Shown here: in pieces, positions 1 to 14,371 of the stretch
How the letters are laid out: each line of letters opens with the position of its first letter
Position numbering within the stretch: the stretch's first letter is position 1
NCBI GenBank assembly: GCA_012295275.1
Contig: CM022670.1
Span: 37,944,001-38,008,000 of the forward strand
Source of the DNA: Chrysomallon squamiferum
Lineage: Eukaryota; Animalia; Mollusca
Reading direction: 5' to 3'
DNA: 64,000 nucleotides
Position numbers and translations under genes: made by a program
The notes under the pieces: model-generated
Told to the model about the DNA's origin: nothing
Database searches by the model: none
Seen by the model: the letters and a program-made list of their open reading frames with translations, nothing else

Positions 1-9
1 AAACTCAGC

Positions 10-326
10 GAGACAGACAGACAGACAGAGAGACACACATACAGACATACAGACACACATGTGCACAGACACGTTCATACATCAGACACAATTTCACATA
101 CGTACTCAAATACCAAATACAAACATACACATTTACACACACAAACATACAAATATATACATATAAAAATACATACATGCATAAATACATAACATACATA
201 CATAAAATGCATCCATCCATACATATATACATACACAGGCATACATACACACAGATACATCTAGGCACATACATACATAGATAAATACACGCATTCACAC
301 ACACATACACACGTTCATTCATACAG

Positions 327-364
<38 letters not shown>
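10..364. repeat. Compound (AC)n/(ACAT)n/(AGAC)n microsatellite
   Basis: Directly visible; explains the CV/YV-rich ORFs at 5-364. Confidence 0.9.
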
Positions 365-367
<3 letters not shown>

Positions 368-1266
368 ATCACATCAATAATAAGACAGAATAAAACTGCT
401 AGAAATGTAGCAATTAGTTGAAAATAAATTTTCTCCTACACACAACTCCTCTGTCTTCTTCTTCTTCTTTTCTTTTCTTTAAATATTTTTTCACGCTGTA
501 TGATTCGGAAAATGTCAGTTTCATTTGGACACTTTCGCACTCTTAATACCCTCGCATCCAATGTATGAGAGCTCACACAAACTCGTGCCACAAACAGCTT
601 TCACCGGTCTTATTTTTCAGACGATTATCAAACTCGCCGGCATTTCCTTTAATATGGACACAAATAAGCTAACCTCGGAGAAACTGGATAGGCAGCCCCA
701 TCGGTAACGTTACTCTGCTAATGTGTTACTGGATTTGATAGAAAAAAATTCTCTAATATTTCTCTTTATCGAATATTCGGCGAGCTGATTTAATATACCC
801 GTGGATGATAGAGTGTGGATATATCACGCCGGTTTCCCAACGACGAAGTCTGATTTATCGTATATGTTGTATGTCCAATATCTTTGACGCGAAGAACTGA
901 ATTCGTTCTAGTCTTGTTACAATAGATCGCGGTTCACATTTCCAGAAAACAAAATATCAGGTGCGGGGATATTGTTTTTCGATTATTATTGTTGTTTTTG
1001 TTGTTGTTGTTCTTCTTCTTGGTGTTATTTTCGTTGTTGTTGTTAATGTTGTTGTTGTTGTTATTTTTGTTGTTGTTGTTGTTGTTGTTATTATTATTAT
1101 TATGAAAATGCTAATTAAATATTCATCTTTGCAATAAGCTATAAAATTTTCAGTAAGTTTAAAACATGGCAGCGCACACACATTTTTAGGTGTTCTTTTC
1201 CACCAGAGCGTTAATAATAAAAAAGAAGAAATATATAAAATTAGTATTACAAGAAAATGAATTCCA

Positions 1267-1300
<34 letters not shown>

Positions 1301-1607
1301 GTTATCATAAATAAATACTTTAAGGAAGAAAAATATTACAAAAAGTATAAAATAAAGCATCAAATCTTCGCTTTGTTCAGTCATTTTTCTACCTGATTGA
1401 AAACAGTGAACATGTACGTTTGTTTCTTTGTTCGCAAAATTTTTTTTTTATGTCATATGTTAATGACGTGAACGACATGATTACCTCACAGATCGGAAAT
1501 AGATTAACACCTGCATTGCTGCAGCATTATTCGTTTCATTCAAGGTCAAGCACGTTACGTTATTAAATTAATAAATTATTCAAAATGGTGGATGCTGATG
1601 TGCTTAC

Positions 1608-1704
1608 ACGTCGCAGACACGGTGGACACCAACGTCACCGATGTTGCCAACACAGCCGTCAACACCGACATCATAATCCCAGTCACAGTCCCAACCAATG
1701 TCAT
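1608..1704 (-). CDS. Putative first coding exon encoding a signal peptide (unknown secreted or membrane protein)
   Basis: ATG at 1704 follows an in-frame TGA at 1737. Reads MTLVGTVTGIMMSVLTAVLATSVTLVSTVSAT then T|GTAAGC (phase-1 donor at 1607). G-rich third positions in AT-rich surroundings. Candidate acceptor TTTTTCGTGCAG near 2287 would make 2286-1705 5'UTR. Confidence 0.45.
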
Positions 1705-3114
1705 ATTCACCGCCGTACAATATATTTTTTTTAATCAGTATTTTTTGTGGGTTTTTTACGAATACTTAAACACACGTTTTTATTGTTGTATATTTTTTGG
1801 TTATTATGAATCCAAAGCCTACGGAGCTGGATATTTTAAGTTTGTATCAAATAAATAAATCTGAACACAATGTCATGATTACAGGAACATTATGTACTGA
1901 CATTCACACAAATACACAAAGAAGCCAGTAGTGCTTTCTGCCTGCATTTCTCCTTTTGTAACCTACTGGACATGTATAAGGACGCGAAATTTTGTATAAC
2001 GAAGTTAAAAAAAAATAAAAATAAAATAAAATAAATGCTAAAATTGACCATGGGGGAACAATTAGTTCCTGAAACCCCGAGAGAAAAAAGAAACATCACG
2101 ACCTGTCATGTTGATAGAACGAAAACGCGACGGTACAAGGAGTATTATAATAAAAACACACAGCACTCTGTTTTAGTCAGTTTTCTTTCCTGACTGGTTT
2201 ATATACGGATCAGTCTCCTGTCTGATATGGCTGACTGTTTTCTGTGTTCTGAACGAGATGCTGAACCGCGCCCATACATTGACGTCTGCACGAAAAACAA
2301 AAAAAAAAAGGAATCAAAATGGAGGCTGGGTGGTTCAAGGTTAAATATTAAATCTGAGGAATTTAATTTTGATAAAATTTGATGATGATGCCTTTTGGAC
2401 ATACTTTAAGGTAATAATAAATATAATAGTAACAACAAAAACAACATTATCGTTAGAATTATTGTTGTTGTTGTTTTTTGTTGATGCTACTGCTGCTTAA
2501 TTTCACATCCCGTTGCTGTTAGTGACGACATCAGTGCAGTCATTTTGATTCATTTTTCAGATTTTATCGTTTCTGTCATCTTCATTAGTATTTCTGCTGT
2601 ACCAATTTGGACTGTTAGTATTAATTTAAAAATCTGATTCTGCATTTCTGTGTTTCGGCGCCTACTGTGTAATGTCTTTTTTTTTTTTTTTTCGATTCTA
2701 ATCTAAAACACAACCAAAAGAACGTAATCGATGTAAACATAATAAAATCTATCACCAGCACGTCATTTTTTCCCAGTCGCTGAAGTTCAAGAAAAAACCC
2801 ACGAAAAACAAGAAAAGTAAAAAGCAAACTTTGAAAACGAGTTAAAATACGAAAGTCGCTTTAACAAATTGGTTGGACTTTTTAGGGAAATAAAATCAAC
2901 AAAAATGAAATATCAGAATTTTTTTTTTTTTTTTTTTTAAAGTTAGGGTTAGCGCGTTGAATGAAATCGATTTGGGTGAGACGTTTGATGTGAAACTAGA
3001 AAACTCTGTGGATTACACTATTAACGAAATTAAAACCCAGTAGAACACAGGTTCAATCAGTTCTTCGTTCAGACGACTGAGGTCTGTTTTAAAGACATAC
3101 AAATTAATGTGTCT

Positions 3115-3156
<42 letters not shown>

Positions 3157-3795
3157 CGAAATTAAAGGATATTCTTTGGTTCAGTGGTCAGAAAGAAATA
3201 CGCCAAATTTTAAAGATAATAAATTTTTTGTTAAAAAATTACTTTAGTAGTGAATACGTTACTTAATTTCAATATATGTCAGTACCCTTTATAAATATTC
3301 GATGATTTCAATGATGTGCTTCATTCCCATGTTAAAATGATTTCAAAGATGTGCTTTATTCCCACGTTAAAATACGGTGTTGCTTTTTTTAAGATAAGGA
3401 AATAACAAATTAGAACGTTCACAATGAACATGATCTACGTGTAAAAACATTTCAAATGAAGATGAATTCCACGTTTCTGCATCCTGACACGAAGCACTTC
3501 GATATCCGCCATTGCCCTGCACTATATTCATGATTTCTGCCTGACACTGGGAGAATGCAAATGCAAATGTATACATATTAATAAAACTATATGTATTCTG
3601 TTTGATTATCGTCATGATGATCTTCAACATCATTATCATTATCATCATCATCATCATCATAGTCATGTCATTATCATCATAGTTATCATTGTTGTTCTCA
3701 GTAAAGTATTGCAAGCATTTTACTTTTCTGCCTTAGAATATTAGATGATAATTACTTATGCATCTTATAACAAATTGAAGGACATCACGTTTCTT

Positions 3796-3839
<44 letters not shown>

Positions 3840-6800
3840 AAATACACTGAAATGTCATAAGACATTCATTTATTTTTATTCACCGATTTCTTCAATGGGT
3901 TTGTTTCAATTTCTTACAAATTTTGTTTTCATGAATAATAGTCTAGTATCCTAAACCATGATCGATGCACAAACGAAAATCTCTTCCTGCAAAATTAATA
4001 AATAGGCGATATTGTAAATTCTTCTGAAACAGACTTCGTCGTGAAAAGAAAGCAATAACCCTATATCTGATAACGTGCAATGCATTCTGTGTCACAAGTA
4101 GCGTTAAGAGATATTCATTCATTCAGATGTAGTCCGCACTCTACTTAATCTGGAAGCGTGTGTATTAAACATGAAGGTCAGTTGGTGAACAGATACAGGT
4201 AATTACAAAACTAATGACAACGGCTTATTATCCCAACCCAAACGGCCCTCTCGTTCGGGCTCGAATTCTTTCTAGTGAAAATAAATCACGAAATTAATCT
4301 CTAAGTTCAACCTTAGGTTTCATTTGATTTCCAAATCAAGGCTCTTTTGAAATGAATCGCCGACTGTAGCGGGAACTCGCCGCTAATCTTTTTTTTTTCA
4401 TTTGACTTTGGCCAAGAAAACATCAGAACATTCAAAGCGTGATGCATCTTTTGCTATAATGACACGTTTACAGAATTTAATCACTTTGTGGAACTCGTGT
4501 TTTTGAAAACTAATTCTTATGATGTTATTTACTCTTTTTAAGGTATAAAAAAGAGAGAGAGAGAGAGAGTGAGATAAAGACAGAGAAAATAAGAAAGTCA
4601 AGATCAAAAGAAAAAAAAAATCCTCAACATAGTTGAAAGCTCTGAAATGAAATCGTCTACGTTTGATTTTTCAAGATTACCAATAAGGATATTTTCGGGT
4701 GTGTTTTATATTTTTTTATATGACATCTTTTTTTTTTACTTTTCTTTTAGTTTTTTCAAGACAGCAATATCTATATATCATGGAGATTCATTTATATTTT
4801 TTAATATGGCTAAATATTTCAAAGAAGGATATTCATAAGCGTTCTAAAGAAATTATTTCGTACCAATTCTGAAAAGAATTTGTAAAAAAGTGGATTATTT
4901 TTGTGTTTTCCAACCTACGAGAAGGTGCACGTAAGACAGTTATTTCTTGCTAGTCCAAAAGAATAGAAAGTTGGCATGGCAACTGGTTCCATTCTCTCAT
5001 TATCTATATAATCTTAAAAAACAGATGAGAAACCATGAAGCAATTTAACTGTAGATTTAAAATGTTTTGAGTCCAGTGTTAAATACTTTTTTTTTCTTTT
5101 TTAAAAAAGCTTTAAATTAAAAAACTAAAATTGTTATTTATTATGTTATTACTTAAAATAAGATGTCATTATTCATATTACTACTACTTATAATACCATT
5201 AATAATAATAATAACAACAACAACAACAATATCATCAACAAAGATACATTGCATTGTGAAAATAGGTTTTTATAAGCAATTCTGAAACACATGAATATTA
5301 TAATGATATCACGTTTAGCGTATAAGAAATGAGAAGCTGTAGACTACATAAACATATTTAAACTCTTTTGAAGAAAACATTAATACTATTACAACAATAC
5401 AGTAATATACCCTTCTTAAAAATGAAAAAAAAGATTAACTGAACAGGATTAGAAAACTGTGAGAAACGCCATTACTTTAATTTACAAATGACCATAAAAC
5501 AGCAGATTACATGAGAATATTTAAAGGTCGTTAGAAATCAGAACGAAAACATATTATAAAATAATGCCAAAATAATGACGAAAAAGAAAAATAACATCAT
5601 TAGTAAATACCAAAAAAAAAAAAAAAAAAAAAAAAATGCTACTAATTGTAATGAAAATGAAAATTTAAAAAGCGTAATGACATTTTATAAATTACCATAA
5701 GCCGCAGATTGTACGGGATTATTTAAATCTTTCCTCGGACGCAAAACGAAGAGATGTATATTACAGCATAATCTGCATTTAACAAGACGTTTGTTTACAA
5801 ACACTAATAAGCGAGCGACAACTGACATCAGATTTGTCCATATCTCGTTATGCTCAAGCGATGATTTCAATTAGGCGTGCGCAAGACCAGCTTATAAATG
5901 ACACGCGGCTTTCGTGGCCTGTCTTGCTACGAGCAGCATGACAAAATGTTTCTCCTGTTGATCCTTTGAACACCCTAAAGGACAAACACCACATAAATAC
6001 GACGTTCATTCCACTGGCCTTGGAAGAGAAAGGGTCAGTCCTTCAAACTCATGGCCGGAATAAAATCCCGGTTGGTGCTGCAGGCCAGAATTTTATCGCG
6101 GATGTCTAATAGCAGCAATCCACGATTTTACTAATACGCTGTCTTCACACGTTTTCCTAGACATACAGCCCACGCTTTCGGATGCATTATCTTCCAATCA
6201 TGGTTGTTAATAACCACATAAAATTGTAAAAGCATTGCCAGAAAAGCTATGGCAATTTGTCATAAATTTAACAATAAAAAAATAATAATAATAATAATCC
6301 ATAATAATAAAGGTAAACGTAGTTATATATAGAAATGGTCCTTTGATCCAATACCCAGCAAGAGTTATGAAGCTCTTACTGGTATCTTGAACAATGAAAT
6401 AAGCAAGAAAGTATGTTAATAATAATTAAAAATAAAAGCAATATCTATAAATGATGGTTTGTTAAAATATGACGTCATGGTGATGTAATATAATCTTCTA
6501 ATGTAGCTAAGAAATAAATCTGAACTGAAATGACCTACCAAATCAGACGTCATATATTTTACGTGTGAGTTAATTTGTCTCTAATGAGCTGTTACACAAA
6601 ATACGTACCTCTTACCACATATTATTAGCATTGGGGTCATGTGCTATGAATAAACCTTGCGAACTGTTACGAAATCGCATTTTATTCTTGACCCTTGAAA
6701 CAGGAGTAACCCTCCTCTCACTGTGTATAATCACGTGACAGAAACATATAATTTCGAAAACTGGTATTCTCTGTATTACTGTTATTAATGATAACAGCAG

Positions 6801-7345
6801 CAAAAACAACAACAACAATAATAATAACAACAACAAAAATATAAAAAAAATAAAATAATTGACGGACCGATCAACAGTAATTATTATAATAAAAATGATG
6901 ATGATGACGATGATGACGATATTTCTTTATAAAAAAAACCCCACTACGCTAAAATTTCCATATTTCTGCAGACGTCATGCAGAGACAGTCAGACAATTCT
7001 CAAAATGGCTGATAAACTCCAGTTGTTTGAGAACATTATTTTATTTCAGATACTCGTTAATGGAAGACAGGTACTGTTGTCCAGCAGCGAACTTGCCTGC
7101 CAGAATGAGAAAGCAGTAATCTGTTTTACAGGCTGATGTTTTATTTCTCCGTGATCTGGTTTAAAACAACGAAGCTGAAACATGCCAACGATCCTATCAG
7201 CTACGTAAAAATATAATTCATTTTTACAGTTTTTTGTTTTATCAAGAATATTTCATCTACGTTTTTTAACTTCGTATTTTCCGTTTTTCTGGCAGTTCTA
7301 TCATGACTGTCATATTTGGCAAAGAGTTCTTGCCGATCAGTAATT

Positions 7346-7610
7346 ATCTCTCTCTCTCTCTCTCCTGCCTATGTGTGTCTCTCTCTATATCTCTCTGTCT
7401 CTCTCACCGTCTCCCTGTCTCTCTCCCCGTCTCTCTGTCTCTTTCTGTCTCCGTCTCTCTGTCTCTCTCCGTCTCTCTGTCTCTTTCTGTCTCTGTCTCT
7501 TTCTGTCTCCGTCTCTGTCTCTATCTGTCTCTATCTGTCTATCTGCCTCACTATCACACACACGCGCACACACACACGTACATACAGAAGCACAAGCAAG
7601 ACACACACAT
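7346..7610. repeat. Compound (CT)n/(CTGT)n/(CA)n microsatellite
   Basis: Directly visible. Confidence 0.85.
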
Positions 7611-7819
7611 ATAAATAAAACAAATAACATAAACGCTAGCAAAACAATGATTTAAAAAAATAACATCAGAAAAGAAACCCCATTCAATAACCAAACATCA
7701 GACATGGAGAAGAAGAAATATTACAAAGAAATAAAAAAAAAAAAAAAAAACTTTGACAGAGTGCTGGCACAACAACAATAATGACAAAACTTTCGAAGCA
7801 CCATGACCACGTATGAGAG

Positions 7820-7854
<35 letters not shown>

Positions 7855-8417
7855 CTTCTTCAGTATTTTCGTCGCATGTGTTTCGAGATTCCGATGAAAT
7901 ATTTATCTAATGTTATTCTAACAGGCCTGCCGGGATTTCGAGATGAATCTTCGTATCATATGGATGTGTGAATGTTATCGTTATTATCTAATTATCTAGC
8001 GGTAGCTCTCTCGTGGCATACCGAGAGACTTGTCTCCCCAGACTATTGTAACGACTGCAGATCGTGCATTTTGGTATTTCGTGGAGTTTGATTTATCATT
8101 TGTTTATTATTTAAAAAAATATAATAAAAAAAAAATAATAATAAAAAATAAAATTGTTGTGTTTTTGATTGATTAGGGAATAGCATTTTGTGACAGTATT
8201 GCCACCAAATTTTTCGAGATTTAAAAAAAATAAAGTATTATTTGTATGATCATAGTTGGTCATTTTTATTCTTTGAACTAAAACAGGTTTAAGATTCTAT
8301 CTCTAACAACAACGAAAACTGTCTTTAATTAAAAAAATTTCCTTTAAAGAATTAATGAAAGAATGATGTTTTTAAATAACTCTTTCTTATAGAGAAATGA
8401 TATTTCTATCTGTGAAA

Positions 8418-8588
8418 AAAAATAATAAGAATACAAAGAAGAAGAACAACAACAATAACAATAACAAAAACACTAATAATAACAATAATAACAATACAAA
8501 TTACAACAACAACAACAATAAAAATAATAACAATAATAATAATAACAATACATTTTACAACTACAATAAAAATAATAACAATAACAAT

Positions 8589-8621
<33 letters not shown>

Positions 8622-8640
8622 AATAACAATAACAATAAAA
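8418..8640. repeat. (AAC/AAT)n trinucleotide microsatellite
   Basis: Directly visible; source of the poly-Asn ORF 8397-8945. Confidence 0.9.
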
Positions 8641-9185
8641 TTTTAAAAAAAGAACAGTATAAAGATACCATCACAGGAAGCAGAATCTGGCTTCTTCTAG
8701 ACACTTTTAGATATCCGAAAAAAGAAGAACGACTGAGAGAGAGCTTTATCATTCGTTGGCCGAAAACGGAATTCATTAAGAATATTTGGTTGCTGGCAAA
8801 CACGGAGCCATCTAATCATCTCTTGTTTTGTTCTTTTGATTACTTAGCCCTTGCACTGATTCTACACACAAGTTGTCATCACAAAGGAATGTTTCCCCGA
8901 ATCCCTAAAGTATTCGGCAGCAAACACCACATTAAAGACCTCTGATAACTAATGAAATGTTTGTTTGTTTCTCTACCAGAGCTGATGTCGGAAATAACCC
9001 TGTTTTAAACAGTCGTAGGCAGAGTGTTTATCATTCAGTTTGTGCTCGTACGCTAATTGTTTGTCGTTAATTTATATTTATATTTGAAATTGGTTTATAT
9101 TGGTACTATAGCTATTTATCATCCAGGTTATATTCGTAAAACGACTGTTTGTCTGTCTGTATACATATAAATATATAAATGTGTA

Positions 9186-9222
<37 letters not shown>

Positions 9223-10016
9223 ACGTATGTATGTATGTTTGTGTGGTGCAGGGGTGTTATACGCACATACATATACACACACACCCACACACACATAACT
9301 ATTCATCATTCAGTTTATATCTGAAGGATCATTATCAATCAGTTTACGGTATAGTTAACAACAACAAAAACAAGAAAAAAAAAAAGAAAAAAAAAAGCGA
9401 GAATGGTTTTGTCGTATTTAAATAACCTTTAAAAAGAACAAGAATTTCTCCTCGAAGTCACCGAGAAGGTAGACTGACGAACGACTTTCTCCTGATTGTG
9501 TCTAACTGCTACGGCAGTTAAAGATGGACGTATTTCTCCATCTGACACAGATGTTCAGTCGGGTGTTTAATGAAGTAGCTGTCCCGTTGCCTCACTTCTC
9601 AAGCTGACTGTCGAGAGCGTGTAATTGGTGGACTTGTTTATGGTGGAAACAAATTGGACGTCACTGAGTTTACCAGTCGTAACGTCGGCTGTTTAAGATT
9701 TAATACTTGTTTTTCGGGCCGCTCTCTCCTCCGATGTCAGCTGCGTGTGTGTGTACAGGAACTCGGATCGCTCTGCTGCTGTTTGCACTTGGCGATCTGA
9801 TTCATGGCAGACCTCCGTGACACGATACGACAGTGCCACGAGCGGTAGCGAGGAGGAATGTCTTGAGCGCGTTCACTTCTGAGTAATATTCGTGGCAATA
9901 TTTTGACGTTGAATAATGGTAAACCCTAGTCCAGAAAAATCGTTATTTACGAGATACATTGGACCAAGATCTTGGACACAAAAAAGAATCATATAGATAG
10001 ATGGATAGATAGATAG

Positions 10017-10223
<207 letters not shown>

Positions 10224-10870
10224 CGTTGCCACCTCACAATGTGAAATTCTGTTTTAATGATCATTGACACATATTTTAAAATGTACCTTCTCATGGACGT
10301 GGAAATTATATCATATGCATGGCCTTTTATATATTAGTTATGGACCACAGGTTGGAGTGGGAAACAACCCTTGAACTGTCAAGGAAGATGCATCCTAAGT
10401 CCTGGATTTAGACATTAGCTAAACTATCTGCATCTTAGGAATGAGTATAAGTTTAAATTCAGTATAAATATCATGGCAAATAAAAAAAAAAATTATTTTA
10501 GGAATGAGCCTCCAAGCTTTATGTAGCTGAGCGTCCAAACAAGTCTGAATCCAGAATTGGTCTAACTTGAACTCTACCCTCTAAGCACTGAGTTAGAGAC
10601 CCAACTAACAGTAACCCTCGTAACAAGGTGAACTTCTGCACGATGAAAACATAATTATTCATAAGATGTGGTTTCAACAAGATGTTACACACCAGAAAGA
10701 AAGACTGCTAATAAAATATTCTGGTACTCCAGAACAGACTTAATAAAACTGCTTTTGTCGCGGTGGCGTTCATTGACCCTGTTTGCCAGACGACCACCAG
10801 TAAAAGTGTTCTCGTTGTTTTTTTTTTTCAACAGCGGAAGGTCAAGAACACAACCCGAATGAAAGGAACT

Positions 10871-11020
10871 CGTCCTGGTTCGACAATTTTCGTGAAAAAC
10901 GTCCTGGTTCGACAATTTTCGTAAAAACGTCATTGTTCGACGGTTTTCGTAAAAACGTCCTGATTCGACGCTTTTCGTTAAAACGTTCCTTGTTCGACGA
11001 TTTTCGTAAAAACGTCCTTC
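10871..11020. repeat. 28-29 bp tandem repeat, five units plus a partial unit, internally palindromic
   Basis: Units start at 10871, 10900, 10928, 10956, 10984 and 11013. Consensus CGTCCTKGTTCGACRRTTTTCGTAAAAA; no spacers. Confidence 0.9.
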
Positions 11021-12434
11021 GCCGCACGAGACGTTATGACACCGCAGTTTTACCAACCAGACCGTTTAGGGAAACCGGAGTCATCTGAAAGACGGCGCTA
11101 AAATCAAAGTAAAACGAATCACTGTTCAGTTTGTACAGAGGAAGAACAACACAGAGTGTTCGTCACTTAGAGGAATCGGATTTACATTAACAGGAATCAG
11201 GCAGACGAGACGAGCAGTAATGTTTACATTATTTACATATTTCTTTCAGCGTAATGTGCGTTAACACGCGTGGTTTACGGATGCATGAGGTAAAAGGGGC
11301 GTTTGTGTAAAATATTTTTAGATTGCAGTACACAGTCGCAATAAACCTATAAAATATGTCTTCCATTGTTGCGTATCCTATGATAAAAGATATAATAATG
11401 ATGTAACATGGAGCAGCTGCTAACACAGGCAGAACTGCAATATATTCAGTAGACAAGATCATCTGTCGACAGTCAGTGAGTAAATTAGTGTTAGCCATGA
11501 AATCACTTTTTTTTTTTTTTGCTGTAAAACAGTACACGAGTTCGACTCAGTTTCAGCAAACGCAGAGAAACCAATTTGATCGTTCATGCGTTACCACAAA
11601 AGCGTCATTAACTGGACATGACTTTTGGTAATTAAGTCATTAATACGGCATTGGACGAGACTAAAATAAAGTATGATTGTAGTAAGCTCAATCCATCTGG
11701 GAGAACAGCCATAATATATCGCATAGAGTTTTTGTCCATCAAAACAGGATCTTTCAGAAAAACCAGAAATTCATTCGCCACACACAAAAAATTGAAAGCT
11801 GTTTTCACGAACGTATAAAAAGTTTATAGTGAAAACAAATACAGAGAAATAGGTTAACAGAGCAGGATAGAATTAATTTTGTGAAGAAAACGTAAAATAC
11901 GCGTTGTTTTTCATGATTACAACAACATTTAGCTAATAGAAGGTAATGTCTAACACAAACATATTTACAAACGTTTCTTTTATGTATATATTTATACGAT
12001 ACTTATATATATATATATAATGGAAACAAAAATAAAATATTTAAAATCCTCGAACAAAAACAAAAAAATTTTGATTTAATTTGATTAAGTTATCTTACGA
12101 AAATAATGATTTTTTTTTTATTTATTGATTTTTTTTTTTTTATTTTATATTTTTATTTTATTTTTTTTTTTTTTATATTATTTTATTTTTTTTTATTTTA
12201 TTATTTTATTCCTCTAACAAAATTTCGATTAATTTAATTAAGCAAGAGAGATAGCAATCCAGATTCGAAGTTTAAACATACCGCTATGTCTACTCATTCA
12301 CAGATGTAGATCATACTCAGTTCATACTTGCACAACATCGAGTCAATATCTCTCACAATTGTCTTTTCGGTGCTTGGCATTTGTTTGTTTTTACAAGATT
12401 TTCTCCTCTTTATTTCTCATAGGGTCGAAAGAAT

Positions 12435-12467
<33 letters not shown>

Positions 12468-12699
12468 TATTTTATTTTATTTTATTTTATTTTTATCAAG
12501 TATGTATCTATGATAGATAACTGAAGCTATTATTCATGTAATATACAATAGAGAGAATATAGGTATATTTGTATCGTAATATAAGATAGGAGAATATAGA
12601 TTTATTTTTTATCGCATATGTATACAGAGAAAATGAGAATATCTTTATAACAAATAAAGTTTTTATCATAGAATGTAAGTATAATTTTATCACGTACAG

Positions 12700-13067
12700 C
12701 TAAAATGCACCTATAGATAAATAACTACAAAAACATTAGACTTGTCGTATACAACAGATAAAGTTTCTTTTAAATACCATCAGGTAAGTAAATCTCTACA
12801 GACAGGTGAGATTGAGCCAATTAGATATATCATTACAGGCCAGACAGAATTTTACTATCATTTTAATGTCATACAATAAACTGAAGATAGGTAATATAAA
12901 AGTAACTGGATATATTAGGTAATGTAAGCTATGGTGGATATATTTCACAGAATAGGCAGAACTGGTCATTCTAAACCAATTAGATGTATCAAATAGGATC
13001 GAGAAAGTATAAATAGCATTTTATGATATACTACAAGCGTGCATCTGAAAGATGAGTGTAAAGTGGT

Positions 13068-13100
<33 letters not shown>

Positions 13101-13295
13101 TTATCATCAAATTGGATAAATAGACTGTAAATCATATTTTAATGACCTACAAAAAGTGCATATGTACAGGCAGAGGAGTCCAAAGCAGTTAACTATGTCA
13201 TAATCGATAGTGAGAATTTTGGTGTGTGTCTTACGACGTACTATAAGAAAATATCTAGAGATAGGTGACTATAAAGCAATTAAACACGTCGTTTA
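12700..13295. repeat. Degenerate tandem repeat, about 85 bp period
   Basis: Recurring motif resembling ctagagataggtgactataaagcaattagatatatca near 12711, 12797, 12882, 12955, 13045, 13166 and 13255. Confidence 0.5.
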
Positions 13296-13450
13296 GGATT
13301 AGTGGCTGTCTGACATTTAGCCTAGTCGTCTGGGAATTGCTTTCTCGGGGTATTTTGGTAAACAGAATTAGCGGCTATGGTAAAAGAATGCCTGTACTGG
13401 GCGCACTAGAAAGTATGTGATCATTATGGACAAAAACGTTTATGAAATAG

Positions 13451-13575
<125 letters not shown>

Positions 13576-14371
13576 ATCTTAGTCGTTCACGTAAAATAAA
13601 AACCCATATTAAACTTTATTAGTTAACAAATACAGTTTTTCTATTCATAACAGGGAAGAATTTCTTAACGACTCATATTCGTCAGTAACAAATTGGAGAA
13701 TGACAGTATTCGTAATAATCTCATCAAACTCAATTATTAGGTTCATTATTATGTAAAAGCATCGGCTGACACAGAATGATTTGCCCTAGAAATATTCAGT
13801 GACTTAATACGTGTTAATTGTATATTGCAAAACGATCTATTGTACTGTTTTGAGGCGAATATGCCCTGAATGAACAAAATAATTTTCTAAACAGATTTCG
13901 GTTCACAATTTTTACATTTGAATAAAAATGATTACTTTGATATTGATGTTATGAAAAGGAAAAGTTACACTTTGCTTTCACAAAATGAGGGACATTATTG
14001 TGGTTAGTTCAACTGAATGAGAGACAGCCTCAAAATTAAGAATATTATTGCACGTTTCCCAATTAATATATTATAAATTATATTAATGAGACTCTTTAAT
14101 TTAATACGAAATTCGTTGATATAAATATATATATACCTTTTTCTAGAAATGTGCAAATTCAGTTTTATAATGCGAAAAACCATTTCTCCGAATTATTTAT
14201 TCTTTTGTATACTTTAACATTTTGTACGTATTAAAATATAGAAAAATTATTACAATGAGATGGGAGTGCGTGTTATTATTGCAAACAGAGGTGGATTTTA
14301 TTTTGTATTCAAACACCTTTATTTGTTTTACCTTTTCAACAGTCGTCAAAAAGTTACATTACAACCCTCAC

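Noticed and set aside
8397-8945. 182-aa poly-Asn ORF, and similar ER/SL/CV/YI/poly-Ile ORFs throughout
   Set aside because: Translations of microsatellites.
9450-9990. CpG-rich stretch as a downstream receptor exon
   Set aside because: Minus-strand frames stop early and show no TM or GPCR motifs; more likely regulatory.
10871-11020. CRISPR-like 28-bp palindromic repeats
   Set aside because: Units are contiguous with no spacers, no cas genes are present, and the context is eukaryotic.
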